A stretch of 64,000 nucleotides of DNA from an uncultured Alphaproteobacteria bacterium (lineage in GTDB: Bacteria > Pseudomonadota > Alphaproteobacteria > DATDPM01), in assembly GCA_963841995.1 (NCBI GenBank), contig CAWJEX010000003.1, positions 154,081 to 218,080 of the forward strand, in the 5' to 3' direction. A program made the translations under genes and the position numbers. Below are positions 29,857 through 39,184 of the stretch, in pieces. Under the pieces are notes generated by a model, which did no database searches, was not told the DNA's origin, and saw only the letters and a list, made by a program, of their open reading frames with translations. Position 1 is the first letter of the stretch; each line of letters opens with the position of its first letter.

Positions 29857-30462
29857 ATGCGGAAGCTTGGTTTATGGATGGCGTCGGCTGCCTTCATTGC
29901 TTTCCAGGTGCCGTACGCGAACGCAGATACTTTCGATTGGAGCTATACCGACGTACCGTTTGGAGGCTCCGACGTGGGGGGCGGCACGCTCACAGCAACC
30001 GATGATGGTTTAGGTCAATACACCCTTGATACAATTTCGGGCACGGCCGATGGGCAGACCGTTTTAGGGCCCAGCTCTTATGATGGTCCCGATCAGTTTT
30101 TGTATTATTTCCCTCCTCCTGATGTTCAATGCAGTGGCGCGAGTGCGCCTTGTCCGCCGGGAGGTACTTATGTCGCCCTTGATACGGGGGGGTTCTCATT
30201 CAGTGTGGGGGCGGGGACGGATTCGTACAATCTCTACGAAGATGATGGTGTCTTTAGTCCCGGCCCTCCCTATGGCTGCGGAGGAGTCTATTGCCTGTTG
30301 GGGCCGGGAACAGTTGGCGCTGGTGATCCATTTACTACCGTAGAGTTTTCGCTAACGCCCGTTCCCGAGCCAGCATCTCTCGGCATCTTCGGCATCGGTC
30401 TAGCGGGCCTCGGCTGGATGCGCCGCCGTCGCTTGGCCTCACGGGCTCTCAAGGCCGCGTAA
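29857..30462 (+). CDS. PEP-CTERM (exosortase-sorted) secreted protein
   Basis: It has a signal peptide and ends 'VPEPASLGIFGIGLAGLGWMRRRRLASR' (VPEP motif + TM + Arg cluster). The body is Gly/Thr/Asp-rich. Confidence 0.65.
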   Translation: MRKLGLWMASAAFIAFQVPYANADTFDWSYTDVPFGGSDVGGGTLTATDDGLGQYTLDTISGTADGQTVLGPSSYDGPDQFLYYFPPPDVQCSGASAPCPPGGTYVALDTGGFSFSVGAGTDSYNLYEDDGVFSPGPPYGCGGVYCLLGPGTVGAGDPFTTVEFSLTPVPEPASLGIFGIGLAGLGWMRRRRLASRALKAA

Positions 30463-30581
30463 ACCGGATCATCAAAGAGTTTTCCAGCGGCGGTTCCCTC
30501 GTGGAGCCGCCGTTTTTGTTTGCGCGTGAACCGCCACGCTTGCGCCGTCCTTGACGCAAGCGTGGCGGTCAAACGTATGCC

Positions 30582-30743
30582 CTACGAACCGGCGCGATCT
30601 TCCTGCATGGCGGCGAGATATTCATAAATCGTCGCCTTCCCAAGAACCAATCGGTGGGCGACGGCTGCTGCTTTCGGTGAAAGCGGCCGTTGTGCCCGTT
30701 CGATTATGTCCCGGAGAATTGGCGGAATCGGCATTTCTGACAT
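30582..30743 (-). CDS. orphan 53-aa HTH protein resembling the C-terminal HTH_7 domain of serine recombinases/resolvases
   Basis: 'MSEMPIPPILRDIIERAQRPLSPKAAAVAHRLVLGKATIYEYLAAMQEDRAGS*' was found by manual translation and is below the ORF-track length cutoff. The pattern 'VAHRLVLGKATIYEYL' is like 'VARRLGVSRSTLYRYL'. No catalytic domain lies upstream. Confidence 0.35.
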   Translation of the reverse strand: MSEMPIPPILRDIIERAQRPLSPKAAAVAHRLVLGKATIYEYLAAMQEDRAGS

Positions 30744-30942
30744 CACTTAAATCACCGCCTTTCGTGGGCGGGGAACTCAAGCGATCGGGTCGCGAATTCT
30801 ACCCGCCCGACACATAACGCTGCCGGCCGCGTGGGTGCAAGGTCCAGCTTCGGCTGGGGCTTTCGGGTGGCCTGGCTAATGGCGTATATTTTACAAATGC
30901 TTTACAGACGCCGGAGGCTGTTGCTTAAGCTATTGAAATGAT

Positions 30943-31018
30943 TGGCGTCCCCTAGGGGAGTCGAACCCCTGTTCCCGCCGTGAGAGGGCGGTGTCCTGGG
31001 CCACTAGACGAAGGGGAC
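30943..31018 (-). tRNA. tRNA-Glu (anticodon CUC)
   Basis: The reverse complement is a 76-nt cloverleaf with a 3' CCA: GTCCCCTTCGTCTAGTGGCCCAGGACACCGCCCTCTCACGGCGGGAACAGGGGTTCGACTCCCCTAGGGGACGCCA. The anticodon stem is CCGCC/GGCGG and the loop CTCTCAC. Confidence 0.9.
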
Positions 31019-31178
31019 TTGGCGGCCAATTGGAAGGATGGCCAGTCTTAGCGGATGGCCCGGGCCGGTTCAAGGCTAGCGCCTAAGTCCCTGTGCGCAT
31101 TGATCCCAGAGTGAAGATCCCTGAGAGAATTGATCCTGGGGCCTTGGCTCCCTGGGTGAATTGACCTTCGCACCTTGA

Positions 31179-31523
31179 TTAGGGACCGAAATCGAATTCG
31201 CCCAAGGCGGCGCCGGAATCGAGATCGACCACGATGAGGCGCGGGCTGCCATCGGCCAGGCGCAGTCTCAGGATCATGCGATTGCCGGATGTGATTACAT
31301 CGTCAAGATGCGCGCCTTCGGGGAGAGCGATGTGCTGGGTTCCGAAGCCGCGCTTTTCGGCCCCCGCGGTTTTCCCCACCTCGGTAGTTTTCTCGGCGGC
31401 CGGCGTTTCGTCTTTCGCCTCGAGATGCGCGGTCGTGCGCTTGTAGAGCGTCACCGCCACCAGACCGGCGCCGGCCGCGATCAATATCGCCATCAGGATG
31501 ACGAGGGCCTTGAGCGCTCGCAT
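31179..31523 (-). CDS. hypothetical small membrane-anchored protein
   Basis: It has an N-terminal TM helix ('ALVILMAILIAAGAGLVAV') and an ~85-aa soluble domain. The rest of the long ORF 31179..32540 is antisense to rluD. Confidence 0.4.
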   Translation of the reverse strand: MRALKALVILMAILIAAGAGLVAVTLYKRTTAHLEAKDETPAAEKTTEVGKTAGAEKRGFGTQHIALPEGAHLDDVITSGNRMILRLRLADGSPRLIVVDLDSGAALGEFDFGP

Positions 31524-31604
31524 GGTTCCGGTCCACCCTCTCCGCCGATAGAGTCCCGCCAATGCACTACGCCCCAACGAACGGGGCCGATAAGCAATTC
31601 GCCG

Positions 31605-32594
31605 ATGGCCGATTTGAACGAGCAGCGCCCCAACGAACAGCGCCATTATGTTGCGGCAACCGCCAAGCATAAGGGCGAGCGCCTGGACAAATTGCTCGCC
31701 GCGGCCTTGCCCGCGCTGTCGCGCACGCGCCTCAAGAATTTGATCGAAGCGGGCCGCGTTGCCTGCGCGGGTGCGACGATAACCGACGCCTCGCGCCGGG
31801 TCAAACCGGGGGAAATCTTCGAGATCGTGGTGCCGCCGCCGGTTCCCGCGGAACCGCGCGCGCAAAATATTCCGCTCGCGATCGTCTATGAGGACGAGGA
31901 TTTGATCGTGATCGACAAGCCGGCGGGGCTCGTCGTTCACCCGGCCCCCGGCAACCGCGACAACACGCTGGTCAACGCTCTCCTCGCCCATTGCGGAAAG
32001 AGTTTTTCGGGAATCGGCGGGGTGATGCGCCCCGGCATCGTTCATCGTCTCGACAAGGATACGAGCGGGCTGATGGTGGTGGCGAAAAACGACGCGGCCC
32101 ATGCGTCGCTGGCCCGGCAATTTGCCGAGCGGACGATGAGCCGCGCCTATTATGCGGTGGTCTGGGGCGTCCCGCGAAAAGCGGAGGGCGAGATTTCCGG
32201 GAATATCGGGCGCAATCCGCACTTTCGGAAAAAAATGGCGGTGGTGAAGAGCGGCGGCAAACCGGCGCTGACCCGCTACAAGGTTTTGCGCAGCTTCGGC
32301 AAGATGGCCAGTCTGATCGAATGCCGGCTGATGAGCGGCCGCACCCATCAGATCCGCGTCCACATGGCGGCCATCGGCCATCCGGTCATCGGCGATACGG
32401 TTTACGGCGGCAAATCGCCACCGGGAATCAAATTGGACCCCGCTCTCGCAACTGCAGCAAAGCACCTCGGCCGGCAGGCGCTTCACGCCTATTTGATTGG
32501 CTTCGATCACCCGAGAACCGGCGAGAGGCTCGAATTTCAATCAAATATAACTTCTGATATCAATATGTTGATAGAACTCTTGGAAAAATCATGA
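31605..32594 (+). CDS. rluD: 23S rRNA pseudouridine synthase RluD (RluA family)
   Basis: It has an S4 domain ('ERLDKLLAAAL...') and the catalytic 'HRLDKDTSGLMVVAKN' motif. Confidence 0.9.
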   Translation: MADLNEQRPNEQRHYVAATAKHKGERLDKLLAAALPALSRTRLKNLIEAGRVACAGATITDASRRVKPGEIFEIVVPPPVPAEPRAQNIPLAIVYEDEDLIVIDKPAGLVVHPAPGNRDNTLVNALLAHCGKSFSGIGGVMRPGIVHRLDKDTSGLMVVAKNDAAHASLARQFAERTMSRAYYAVVWGVPRKAEGEISGNIGRNPHFRKKMAVVKSGGKPALTRYKVLRSFGKMASLIECRLMSGRTHQIRVHMAAIGHPVIGDTVYGGKSPPGIKLDPALATAAKHLGRQALHAYLIGFDHPRTGERLEFQSNITSDINMLIELLEKS

Positions 32595-32766
32595 TCTAGC
32601 TTATATACCTGAGTAGGTTACTCAGATATTGTTGACGCACCGCCCGCAAAAGAGCTAAGTTAACGACAACGGGCGAGCGACCCCCAAAACCTTCGGGCCG
32701 GGGGGCTCGCCCGTTTCGCCCTAAGGGCCAGGGTACCAAACAGAAAAAATGGCCTAGGAGATTGGA

Positions 32767-33657
32767 ATGGCAACGAGCACCTCATACCGCCTGCCCAGCC
32801 TTGGATCGGAACGCGGCCTCTCGCGCTATCTCGGGGAGATTCGCAAGTTTCCGATGCTGACGCCGGAAGAGGAATTCATGCTCGCCAAGCGTTGGCGCGA
32901 GCATAGCGATTCCGAAGCCGCGCATCGTTTGGTCACGAGCCATCTCCGGCTCGTCGCCAAGATTGCGATGGGGTATCGCGGTTACGGACTGCCGCTCAAC
33001 GAACTTATTTCGGAAGGCAATGTCGGCATGATGCAAGCGGTCAAGCGCTTCGATCCCGACCGTGGCTTCCGGCTCGCGACCTATGCGATGTGGTGGATCC
33101 GCGCGGCAATCCAGGAATACATCCTGCATTCCTGGTCGCTGGTGAAACTCGGCACGACTGCGGCGCAGAAGAAGCTGTTCTTCAATCTGCGCAAGCTCAA
33201 GGGCCAGATCAAAGCGGTCGAAGAAGGCGATTTGACCCCCGAACACGTCAAGAAGATCGCCGAAGAGCTGAACGTGACCGAAGAAGACGTGATCTCGATA
33301 AATCGCCGGTTGATCGGCGCCGATCATTCGCTGAATGCGCCCTTGCGCGCCGACAGCGAGGGCGAGTGGCAGGATTGGCTGGTCGACGAAACGGCGAATC
33401 AAGAAGAGACGCTCGCCGAGAAAGAAGAAATGACCAATCGCCACGATCTGCTCGGACAGGCGCTGAAAACGCTGAGCGAACGCGAGCGGCATATCTTGAA
33501 CGAACGGCGCTTGCGCGACGAGCCGTTGACGCTCGAGGATTTGTCGCAGGAATACGGCATTTCCCGCGAACGGGTGCGGCAGATCGAGGTTCGCGCCTTC
33601 GAGAAGCTGCAAAAGGCGATGAAAAATCTGGTGATCGAGCAGCGCCTGGCAAAATAA
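32767..33657 (+). CDS. rpoH: RNA polymerase sigma-32 (heat-shock sigma factor RpoH)
   Basis: It carries the RpoH box 'QKKLFFNLRKLK' and sigma regions 2-4. Confidence 0.95.
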   Translation: MATSTSYRLPSLGSERGLSRYLGEIRKFPMLTPEEEFMLAKRWREHSDSEAAHRLVTSHLRLVAKIAMGYRGYGLPLNELISEGNVGMMQAVKRFDPDRGFRLATYAMWWIRAAIQEYILHSWSLVKLGTTAAQKKLFFNLRKLKGQIKAVEEGDLTPEHVKKIAEELNVTEEDVISINRRLIGADHSLNAPLRADSEGEWQDWLVDETANQEETLAEKEEMTNRHDLLGQALKTLSERERHILNERRLRDEPLTLEDLSQEYGISRERVRQIEVRAFEKLQKAMKNLVIEQRLAK

Positions 33658-33702
33658 TCTGGCGAAGTAATCAAGTCCCTTGGATCCCAAAAGCGAACGG
33701 GC

Positions 33703-33740
33703 TCTTAACAGAGCCCGTTTTCGTTTGTCCGTTTTCGGTC
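33703..33740. terminator. bidirectional Rho-independent terminator between rpoH and the convergent membrane-protein gene
   Basis: The hairpin aacgggctct-taac-agagcccgtt is flanked by a T-run on the plus strand. Confidence 0.55.
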
Positions 33741-33767
33741 TCGCCTGTTTTCGGATTCGGAGGCGCT

Positions 33768-34391
33768 TTATTGCGGCTTGGCCGGTGCTTTCGGCTCGGC
33801 GGCGATGCCCCATTCGTCGCGGAGCTTTGCTTGTTGCGCGCGCAGCGCCCCGATCTGCTGGGCCGCGTGGATCCTGAGAAAGCTGGCGACCAAGGGCGGG
33901 AGCCCCATGGACAAAAGCCAGCCCAGCGCCGCGGCACCATACATGACGAACCAGACATAGACGTCGCCCAGCATCGAGAGACTTTGGGTCAGCGTATTCG
34001 AGCCCTTCCACAGAATCGCGATGAAGGGTGCGACGCCGGCAAAATTGAGACCGAGCACGCAAATCGCGGCACTCTTGCCGGGGCTGCGATCCACGAAAAA
34101 CGCGACGGCGGTCGGAATCAAGCCGACGATCAGCAGCGGAACCGTCGGCAGAGCCAATACGAAGCCGAGCATCAGCAGGAATAAGCCGGCGACCCATGCG
34201 GCGGTGGCACTCGATTGCACCGGCCGCATGCTCGTTTTCACGGTGGCGGCCGGCTTGCCGGCCGGTTTTTTCGCCGATCGAGCCGATTGAACCGGCTTGG
34301 CCGGCGGCGTTGCCGGGGCCGGAGGCGCCGGCGGACGCTTGGCCGCTACTGGCAATTTGCGCCTAGGCGGCGGGGTTCTTAAGGTTGCCAT
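33768..34391 (-). CDS. hypothetical membrane protein (Pro/Ala/Lys-rich cytoplasmic N-terminus + 4 TM), translationally coupled to the upstream kinase-like gene
   Basis: Its ATG at 34391 lies 2 nt after the TAG of the upstream reading frame. The N-terminus reads 'PPAPPAPATPPAKP'. Confidence 0.45.
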   Translation of the reverse strand: MATLRTPPPRRKLPVAAKRPPAPPAPATPPAKPVQSARSAKKPAGKPAATVKTSMRPVQSSATAAWVAGLFLLMLGFVLALPTVPLLIVGLIPTAVAFFVDRSPGKSAAICVLGLNFAGVAPFIAILWKGSNTLTQSLSMLGDVYVWFVMYGAAALGWLLSMGLPPLVASFLRIHAAQQIGALRAQQAKLRDEWGIAAEPKAPAKPQ

Positions 34392-36457
34392 GGCGCTAAC
34401 CGTGTTGACGCATCAGCATGAGGATGCCGATGGTTGCGGTGATAACGACGGCGGAAATGATCCCGGCAACGCGCCCCGCCAGCGCCTGCGCCCGCCGGTT
34501 CATCCCTTGATCTTGGGAAAGAAAGACGATCGATTTCGGCTTCGGCGGCGGCGAAATTCGCAAGCGCGCCGCGGTAGCCGATTTCGTCGCGGGCACGGGC
34601 GCTGTCGTCGTCCACGAAATTCAAAAGCTCGATCAGACTTCCCTTCTTGATGACCCGTTCCAACTGCGCCTTCATCTCGATGCGAAGCGCGGTCTGGTGG
34701 TAGCCGTCGACAATCGATTCCGCGAGCTTGCCCATCCAGGCGGTAAGCCGCGGCACTTGCGACGGGCCGAGCCGCCACTGCATGATGGAAAGCGCGCGCA
34801 ATACCGCCAGAACGGCCGTTCGCGGATCGCTGCGGTCCGCGGTTTTTTCGACGTGATCTTCCGCTTCCGAACCAAATCGCGCGGCGATAAAGGCGGCAAC
34901 ATGGCGATCGATTGGAAACGAGGGCCGTGCGTTCGACGCGGCAACAACTTCAAGGACGGGAAGCAGGGATTCGGCATCCACGACGTAATAAGGTTCGAGC
35001 ATCGGGCTGAGGCACGGCAAGGCGGGATTGAGTTCGTAAAGGCAACGCTCGACGCCATAGCCCGGTAAGGGACGCTTCATGAAATAGCGCAGCCGGTCGA
35101 TGATCTTGACCAGCGTGCGCGCTTCAGGGCCGTCGCCATATCGCTTGTCGATCCACGCGAGCGGCAGATCGGAAGATATGAGTTGGGCGAAAGGTTGAAC
35201 GCCGTTGGGCTCGCGGGCCAAGCCGCACAACAGCGGTCCGATGCCATCGAGGGTCGCGGAAATATTCTTGAAACGAAGCGGGCCTTTGGGATCGAGGGCA
35301 ATGCACAGCCGGGCAGCCACTTGACCTTCTGCGGCACGGGCGGGATCGCCGCCGCTGGCCAGAACCTGACCGACCAAGTCGCCGGCCTTGTTGTCGCCCA
35401 CCGAGCGTCTGACCCAGGCTTCGAGATCGATTTCGCGCACCGCTTGGTTGGCTGCCGCCCAATTGCGGGCGATGGCATGAGCGAGCCCACGGCAGGAATA
35501 ATATTCGCCGCCGCAAAACGGGTAAGCGCGCCCGGCATGGGGCGGAACGGCCGGTTGAATCGGACTGAGCCGGCGGCCGTCGAGCCAGAACGACAACTCC
35601 TTCAGGCTCCATCGTTCCTTGGGATCGTCGGCGAGCAGGCCGCGAATTGCCTCGCGCAAAACCGAAGATATGCGATGGGAACCGGCGAGCGCGGTGTAAG
35701 AGCCCTTGGCGATTTTGGCACCGATCAAATCGTCAGGAGCGACGCCGGCAACCGGATTGAAGCCGAGGCTTAACAACAACAGCGTGGCGCCCAAGGAATA
35801 AAGATCGTCCCCGATCGAACCCGGGCCGCGCCCCAGCGGATCGGCCATGCCGTTCTCGATCGTCTCGAACAGCGGCGAGTTCGTCGAACCGGCGGGTGCG
35901 ATGGCGCCGTCGCCCAGAACGACCTGCCGGTGAGCGGCATCCTTGAAATAGATGTTGTCCGGGCGGATCGCGCGATGCGCAATGCCCCGCGACGAAAGCT
36001 CCGTGAGCGCGGTGGCGAGAGGCCGGGCGACATGTTCGATGAGCGCATCGTCGGTCATTGGTGTCACCGAGGCGAGAGACGGCATGACCGCCGTGCCGCC
36101 AGGCTGGCTGTAAAGGATCGCAAACCGCCGGCCGGCACCGTCCGGCCATTCGATCGCCGCCCAGCGATAGGCTTTGATGACAAACGGACAGTCCGTCGAG
36201 CGTAGCGACGGCAACACATCCATCCGCGGTGGATTCCGGTTGCGCGCCACCAGAGCCATCAGGTTTTCCCGAGCACCCTTGGTGTCGGTGACGGCGTAAC
36301 AGGTCGCGGCGGGCGTATCGTAAGCAGGGAGCGGACGGCCGGGATGAATTTCGTAGCGGTCGAGCGTCACCGCCGCCGCTGACGCGTCGTTATCCGCCGC
36401 GCGCCGGTTTCGGGCGGGCGGCGCCTCGTCTGCGGTCAAAGGTTCGACTTGCGCCAT
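34379..36457 (-). CDS. eukaryotic-like protein-kinase-fold protein, probable pseudokinase, with a ~350-aa C-terminal domain of unknown function
   Basis: The kinase catalytic-loop and APE/DxWS-like regions are recognisable, but 'GIAHRAIRPDNIYF' has HRA instead of HRD. The DFG position reads 'LGDGAIA', then 'DLYSLGATLLLLSLG'. There is no beta-3 Lys. The last ~25 aa look like frame garbage. The adjacent frame reads '...FLSQDQGMNRRAQALAGRVAGIISAVVITATIGILMLMRQHG*' (a TM helix), ending at 34396. Confidence 0.5.
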   Translation of the reverse strand: MAQVEPLTADEAPPARNRRAADNDASAAAVTLDRYEIHPGRPLPAYDTPAATCYAVTDTKGARENLMALVARNRNPPRMDVLPSLRSTDCPFVIKAYRWAAIEWPDGAGRRFAILYSQPGGTAVMPSLASVTPMTDDALIEHVARPLATALTELSSRGIAHRAIRPDNIYFKDAAHRQVVLGDGAIAPAGSTNSPLFETIENGMADPLGRGPGSIGDDLYSLGATLLLLSLGFNPVAGVAPDDLIGAKIAKGSYTALAGSHRISSVLREAIRGLLADDPKERWSLKELSFWLDGRRLSPIQPAVPPHAGRAYPFCGGEYYSCRGLAHAIARNWAAANQAVREIDLEAWVRRSVGDNKAGDLVGQVLASGGDPARAAEGQVAARLCIALDPKGPLRFKNISATLDGIGPLLCGLAREPNGVQPFAQLISSDLPLAWIDKRYGDGPEARTLVKIIDRLRYFMKRPLPGYGVERCLYELNPALPCLSPMLEPYYVVDAESLLPVLEVVAASNARPSFPIDRHVAAFIAARFGSEAEDHVEKTADRSDPRTAVLAVLRALSIMQWRLGPSQVPRLTAWMGKLAESIVDGYHQTALRIEMKAQLERVIKKGSLIELLNFVDDDSARARDEIGYRGALANFAAAEAEIDRLSFPRSRDEPAGAGAGGARCRDHFRRRYHRNHRHPHADASTRLAPWQP

Positions 36458-36616
36458 ACGCACCTTGGGCCATGGGCACCTTTCCCCGGCACTCTCGATC
36501 TTTAACCGCAAATGGTTGTTAAATGATTGATTTTGCCTGACCTGGCGCTGCTATTTTTTAAGCACTTATAATGGCTTACGCAGCAATCATCGGTTGCGAA
36601 ACCACATCCCTTGGGG

Positions 36617-37909
36617 TCAATCGGCGAAGGGATCGCGGACCAGGATGGTGTCTTCGCGTTTGGGGCTGGTGGAGAGAAGAGCCAGGGGCGCTTCAATCAG
36701 CTCTTCAATACGCCGGACATATTTGATGGCCGGGGCCGGCAGATCGGCAAAGCTGCGCGCCCCCTTGGTGCTTTCGAACCAGCCAGGAAGCGTCTCGTAA
36801 ACTGGTTCGACCGCCGCCTGAGCGCCAATACCCGCCGGAAGAAAGTCGAGTTTCGTGCCCTTATGGTTGTAGGCGATGCAGATTTTGAGCTCGTCCATGC
36901 CGTCGAGCACGTCGAGCTTGGTCAGGGCGATGCCATCGATGCCGCCCTGTTTCACCGCCTGACGGACCAGCACCGCATCGAACCAGCCGCAGCGGCGCTT
37001 TCTTCCCGTCACCGTCCCGAATTCATGTCCGCGTTCGCCAAGCCCTTGTCCCACGGCGTCCAAGAGCTCCGTCGGGAAAGGCCCGCGGCCGACCCGGGTC
37101 GTATAGGCCTTGGTGATGCCGAGAACGTAATCGAGCGCGCGGGGACCAAGCCCCGATCCCGCGGCCGCCTGTCCGGCCACGGTGTTGGATGACGTGACGT
37201 AAGGGTAAGTGCCATGGTCGACGTCGAGCATGGCGCCTTGCGCACCTTCGAACAGAATTCTTTTCCCGCGCTTTCGCGCCTCATCGAGACGTTCCCAAAC
37301 CCGATCGGCGTAGGGAAGAATTTTTCCCGCGATGTCCATCAGCAATTTGATGAGTTCATTGCGATCGACGGGGGCCGCATTGAGGCCGCGCAGCAGCGCA
37401 TTGTGATGCACCAAAAGCTGATCCACCCGATCGGCCAAGGTTTCCGGCTCGCGGAGATCGCACAGGCGCACCGCCCGGCGCCCGACCTTATCCTCGTAAG
37501 CGGGACCGATGCCGCGGCCGGTCGTTCCGATCTTTAAGGCTCCGCTGGCCTCTTCCCGCGCCCGGTCGATCTGGCCGTGGAGCGGCAAAATCAGCGCCGC
37601 GGTTTCCGAAACCTTCAGCGTGTCGGGCGAGACCGCGACACCGCGCGCTTTGATGGCGTCGATTTCCTTGATCAACGCCCACGGATCGACCACGACGCCG
37701 CTGCCGACAATCGACAGCTTTCCCGGCCGCAACACGCCGGAAGGCAATAAACTTAATGCGTAAGTCTGGCCGTCGACGACAAGAGTGTGCCCCGCATTGT
37801 GGCCGCCCTGAAAGCGCACCACCACATCGGCGCGCTCCGACAGCCAATCGACAATCTTTCCCTTGCCTTCGTCGCCCCATTGGGAGCCGACGACCACCAC
37901 ATTCGCCAT
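36617..37909 (-). CDS. purA: adenylosuccinate synthetase
   Basis: '[21 protein letters not shown]...GGHNAGHT' is the P-loop and signature of PurA. Confidence 0.95.
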   Translation of the reverse strand: MANVVVVGSQWGDEGKGKIVDWLSERADVVVRFQGGHNAGHTLVVDGQTYALSLLPSGVLRPGKLSIVGSGVVVDPWALIKEIDAIKARGVAVSPDTLKVSETAALILPLHGQIDRAREEASGALKIGTTGRGIGPAYEDKVGRRAVRLCDLREPETLADRVDQLLVHHNALLRGLNAAPVDRNELIKLLMDIAGKILPYADRVWERLDEARKRGKRILFEGAQGAMLDVDHGTYPYVTSSNTVAGQAAAGSGLGPRALDYVLGITKAYTTRVGRGPFPTELLDAVGQGLGERGHEFGTVTGRKRRCGWFDAVLVRQAVKQGGIDGIALTKLDVLDGMDELKICIAYNHKGTKLDFLPAGIGAQAAVEPVYETLPGWFESTKGARSFADLPAPAIKYVRRIEELIEAPLALLSTSPKREDTILVRDPFAD

Positions 37910-37931
37910 GATTAGCCTCTGTTCGTTCGGG

Positions 37932-39065
37932 TTATGATAGCGCGGCGATTTTTCCGGCGAGAAAAACGTGGGTGCAACGAAGGCGCTTCGCTTCGGCCGT
38001 CGGCTCAATTTCTTCCAATCCGCAAACCGTTATCCAGCCTTCGCGACGAAGACGCTCCGCTTCATCGAGCGAAATTCCCACCGGCACAAAGACTCGCGCC
38101 CGCGCTTCGCCGCGCGGCAACGAATCGAGCACCGCATCGACAAAGAGGGTCGCCCCCGTCGCCGGTTCTCCTCCTGCGCGATAGCGCCCGCCCCGTCCCA
38201 TTTCGCCACGCGCACCATTGGCGAAAAGCGTGAAGCTCATGCCGCTGTGGTATTCGAAGCCGCGATGCTCGACCGGATCGATGGTGAGCGAGAGCGCCGG
38301 CATCGCCTTGGCAATTCGCGCCGCACCCTCGGTCAGCCGCCGGCACTCGGCAGCGGCAGACTCGGGCAAACTTAGTCGCGACAATGTTGCCAGCGCCAAC
38401 TCGGCGGGGCCCGATGCGCCGAGCAATTTCAGAAGTATCGGCGCCGCCGAGCCCCCTGCGGCGGCAACGCCGGCGGCGTCGCGGCGGTTGAGCGCAGCCT
38501 TGATTCGCGTTTCGGCATCGCTGGACAGCCCGGAGGCAGCGCAGACCGCGGGAACGAGCGTCGGCATGGTGAGATCGGCGGAAAGACCGTTCACGCCAAC
38601 CGATTCGAGGGCAGACACCGCAAGGGTCACGATTTCCACATCGGCCGCCGCCGAATCGGAACCCATCAGCTCGATCCCGGCTTCGGTGAATTGGCGCTCG
38701 GGGCGAAGCTGGGTTCCCTTCACCCGCAAAACCTGGCCGGCATAGCAAAGCCGGAGCGGACGCGGCGCATTGGCCAGCCTCGTCACGGCGATGCGGGCCA
38801 CCTGCACCGTCATGTCGGCGCGCACCCCCATCATGTGCTGGGACACCGGATCCATCAGGCGGAAGGTCTGGCTTGAGGTCGCAGCACCCGCGCCTGAAAG
38901 CAGGCTGTCCTCGAATTCGACCAAGGGCGGATCGACCTGCTCGTAGCCGTGGCTCTCGAAACAGGCCAAGAGCTTGGTCAGCGCCAGGGACGCGAACGCC
39001 GCATCGGGCGGCAGCACGTCGCGCAGGCCGGCCGGCAAAAGCGCCTTGTTCGAGACCTCGTTCAT
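37932..39065 (-). CDS. hisZ: ATP phosphoribosyltransferase regulatory subunit HisZ
   Basis: It has the class-II aaRS-like fold motifs ('[10 protein letters not shown]', '[11 protein letters not shown]') and HisZ length. Confidence 0.85.
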   Translation of the reverse strand: MNEVSNKALLPAGLRDVLPPDAAFASLALTKLLACFESHGYEQVDPPLVEFEDSLLSGAGAATSSQTFRLMDPVSQHMMGVRADMTVQVARIAVTRLANAPRPLRLCYAGQVLRVKGTQLRPERQFTEAGIELMGSDSAAADVEIVTLAVSALESVGVNGLSADLTMPTLVPAVCAASGLSSDAETRIKAALNRRDAAGVAAAGGSAAPILLKLLGASGPAELALATLSRLSLPESAAAECRRLTEGAARIAKAMPALSLTIDPVEHRGFEYHSGMSFTLFANGARGEMGRGGRYRAGGEPATGATLFVDAVLDSLPRGEARARVFVPVGISLDEAERLRREGWITVCGLEEIEPTAEAKRLRCTHVFLAGKIAALS

Positions 39066-39184
39066 CTCATGTCCATGTAATTGGTTATGGCTAAAAAGGT
39101 TACGGCGCTGCCCGGGAAGGACAGCGCCTTGTTGCCCCCGTTGGTAGCGATTTTAGCCGCAAACGGCAACCGATACGATGGCAC

